Positions 48,268 through 49,291 of a DNA stretch of 49,291 nucleotides are shown in pieces. The notes beneath the pieces were generated by a model. It saw only the letters and a program-made list of their open reading frames with translations. It ran no database searches and had not been told where the DNA came from. The position numbers and the translations under genes are program-made. The stretch is taken from the IMG/VR virus record IMGVR_UViG_3300016457_000036, positions 71,253 to 120,543 of that record. The stretch is one strand, 5' to 3'. The DNA comes from a virus (taxonomy: Duplodnaviria > Heunggongvirae > Uroviricota > Caudoviricetes). Position 1 is the stretch's first letter. The number at the start of each line of letters is the position of its first letter.

Positions 48268-49291
48268 TTACGATGTAATAATATAGAAAGTTTCTGAGTC
48301 GTATGTTCCTAGAAGGTTGTAGTCAGTTGAAGAAATAAATACCTGATTACCAACCGGAGTAGCCCCTGCAATACCTGTAGCATCTGTAGTTGCCTTAGTC
48401 TCATTTAGGATCTTACCTTGACCTGCACTCAAAGCACGGTGAGGCGCTGTACTATTAAGATTGTCTATTGTGTACAGTTCCCATAGTGCAGGGTTTAGCG
48501 ACGGTCGCTTATCTACATTACCTATCTCACTCATAGAAATGTAAAAAGAGTTATTCTCAGTAACAAGACTTCCTACCATATATTCTGTGCCGGTATTCCA
48601 TGCTTCTCGTCCACCTGCTCTGTAGTACAGCCATGCTGCGGCATCTGTGTACGGATCAGCATTAATACTAGGAATTTTAGCCATAAAAGTATCTTTACCT
48701 TTTGTAACTAAAGCACCTGCTAAATAGCTAAATGAATCGTTCCATATCTGACCACCAATATCAGATGCAGCAGGTCCTGTAGCACCTCGAAGATCACCTG
48801 TAGCGAAGCCTAGTCCGTCATCTGAAAGGAATGTAACAACACCTGAAGCAGGATCGTACTCACCGGCAGGATTTACTTTCCAACCTAGTCCGTCAGCACC
48901 TCGAAGATCGTCTGTACTAAATGTGAGGCCATCGTTTGAATTAAATGTAACAATACCTGTAGCCGCATTGTATGTACCGTTAGTCCAACTCGCACCTTTA
49001 GGAATAGTGAAGTCGAAAGTAGCTGTTACATTATCACCTGTATTTGTGACAGTAGGGGTAGTTCCAAAAGGAACTGACGTAGCCACACCTGCAGAAATCG
49101 TAGCAGCTTGACCACGCAGATCGGCAGTGTTAAATCCTAGTCCGTCACTAGAGTCGAAGATAACAACACCTGATGCAGGATCGTAGTAACCGTTAGTCCA
49201 ACCAATACCATCTACTCCACTTGCACCTGTATCACCTTTATACCCTGTAACACCAACCGGACCGATATTAACGAAGTGAGCACCTACACCT
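48268..49291 (-). CDS. Tail fibre C-terminal part (5'-truncated): collagen remnant, three GWxNGxYDPASG...DLRG repeats, two CBM5/12-like modules
   Basis: The frame is open from base 49290 (GVGAHFVNIGPVGVTGYKGDTG...), so the ORF-track start at GTG 49086 is internal. CBM-like WNDSFSYLAGALVT...W and WNTGTEYMVGSLVT...W at ~48478-48748. Confidence 0.85.
   Translation of the reverse strand, partial: GVGAHFVNIGPVGVTGYKGDTGASGVDGIGWTNGYYDPASGVVIFDSSDGLGFNTADLRGQAATISAGVATSVPFGTTPTVTNTGDNVTATFDFTIPKGASWTNGTYNAATGIVTFNSNDGLTFSTDDLRGADGLGWKVNPAGEYDPASGVVTFLSDDGLGFATGDLRGATGPAASDIGGQIWNDSFSYLAGALVTKGKDTFMAKIPSINADPYTDAAAWLYYRAGGREAWNTGTEYMVGSLVTENNSFYISMSEIGNVDKRPSLNPALWELYTIDNLNSTAPHRALSAGQGKILNETKATTDATGIAGATPVGNQVFISSTDYNLLGTYDSETFYIITS
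48785..49215 (-). repeat. Three imperfect ~35-aa repeats (W-x-N-G-x-Y-D-P-A-S-G-V-V-x-F-x-S-x-D-G-L-G-F-x-T-x-D-L-R-G)
   Basis: DNA similarity visible, e.g. cctagtccgtca recurring near 48810, 48883 and 49137. Confidence 0.85.

Larger units (their letters stand above)
1..49291 (-). mobile_element. N4-like (Schitoviridae-type) bacteriophage genome segment: late structural, lysis and vRNAP region
   Basis: Giant T7-fold vRNAP, N4-type portal and capsid, and gp53/54/55/57/58-like genes in N4 order; tightly packed, all on the minus strand; no host genes seen. Confidence 0.95.

Noticed and set aside
723-49111. All plus-strand ORFs in the track (62-157 aa)
   Set aside because: Antisense shadows of long minus-strand genes; hydrophobic/Ser-rich composition typical of reverse frames; no convincing RBS or motifs.
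1-49291. tRNA, rRNA, integrase, terminase or introns
   Set aside because: None recognised; intergenic gaps are under 90 nt. The terminase probably lies beyond the right edge.

Overview
The window is the late (virion morphogenesis and lysis) arm of an AT-rich N4-like podovirus (Schitoviridae-type). All real genes lie on the minus strand. In transcription order (right to left): an ~18.6 kb tail fibre/adhesin block, a lysis cassette (holin-like proteins, two-component spanin, M15 endolysin), portal, gp58- and gp57-like proteins, major capsid, gp55- and gp54-like proteins, then an unexpected acyl carrier protein + ketosynthase + unknown ORF inserted just ahead of the gp53-like and ejection-protein genes, and finally the virion RNA polymerase (vRNAP). 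The vRNAP is split into two in-frame ORFs by one TAA. The second ORF (5563 to beyond the left edge) is absent from the supplied ORF track; I translated it by hand. It starts with SLOG-, DUF4326- and 2H-phosphoesterase-like domains, then a zincin HExxH and the N4 vRNAP C-terminal domain. Main highlights: (1) a phage-encoded ACP/ketosynthase module in the ejectosome operon, possibly lipidating virion proteins; (2) a split vRNAP whose only two cysteines in ~4,700 aa flank the split; (3) nucleotide-processing and GIY-YIG-like cargo domains on the injected proteins. All family assignments are motif recognition by eye; no database searches were run.
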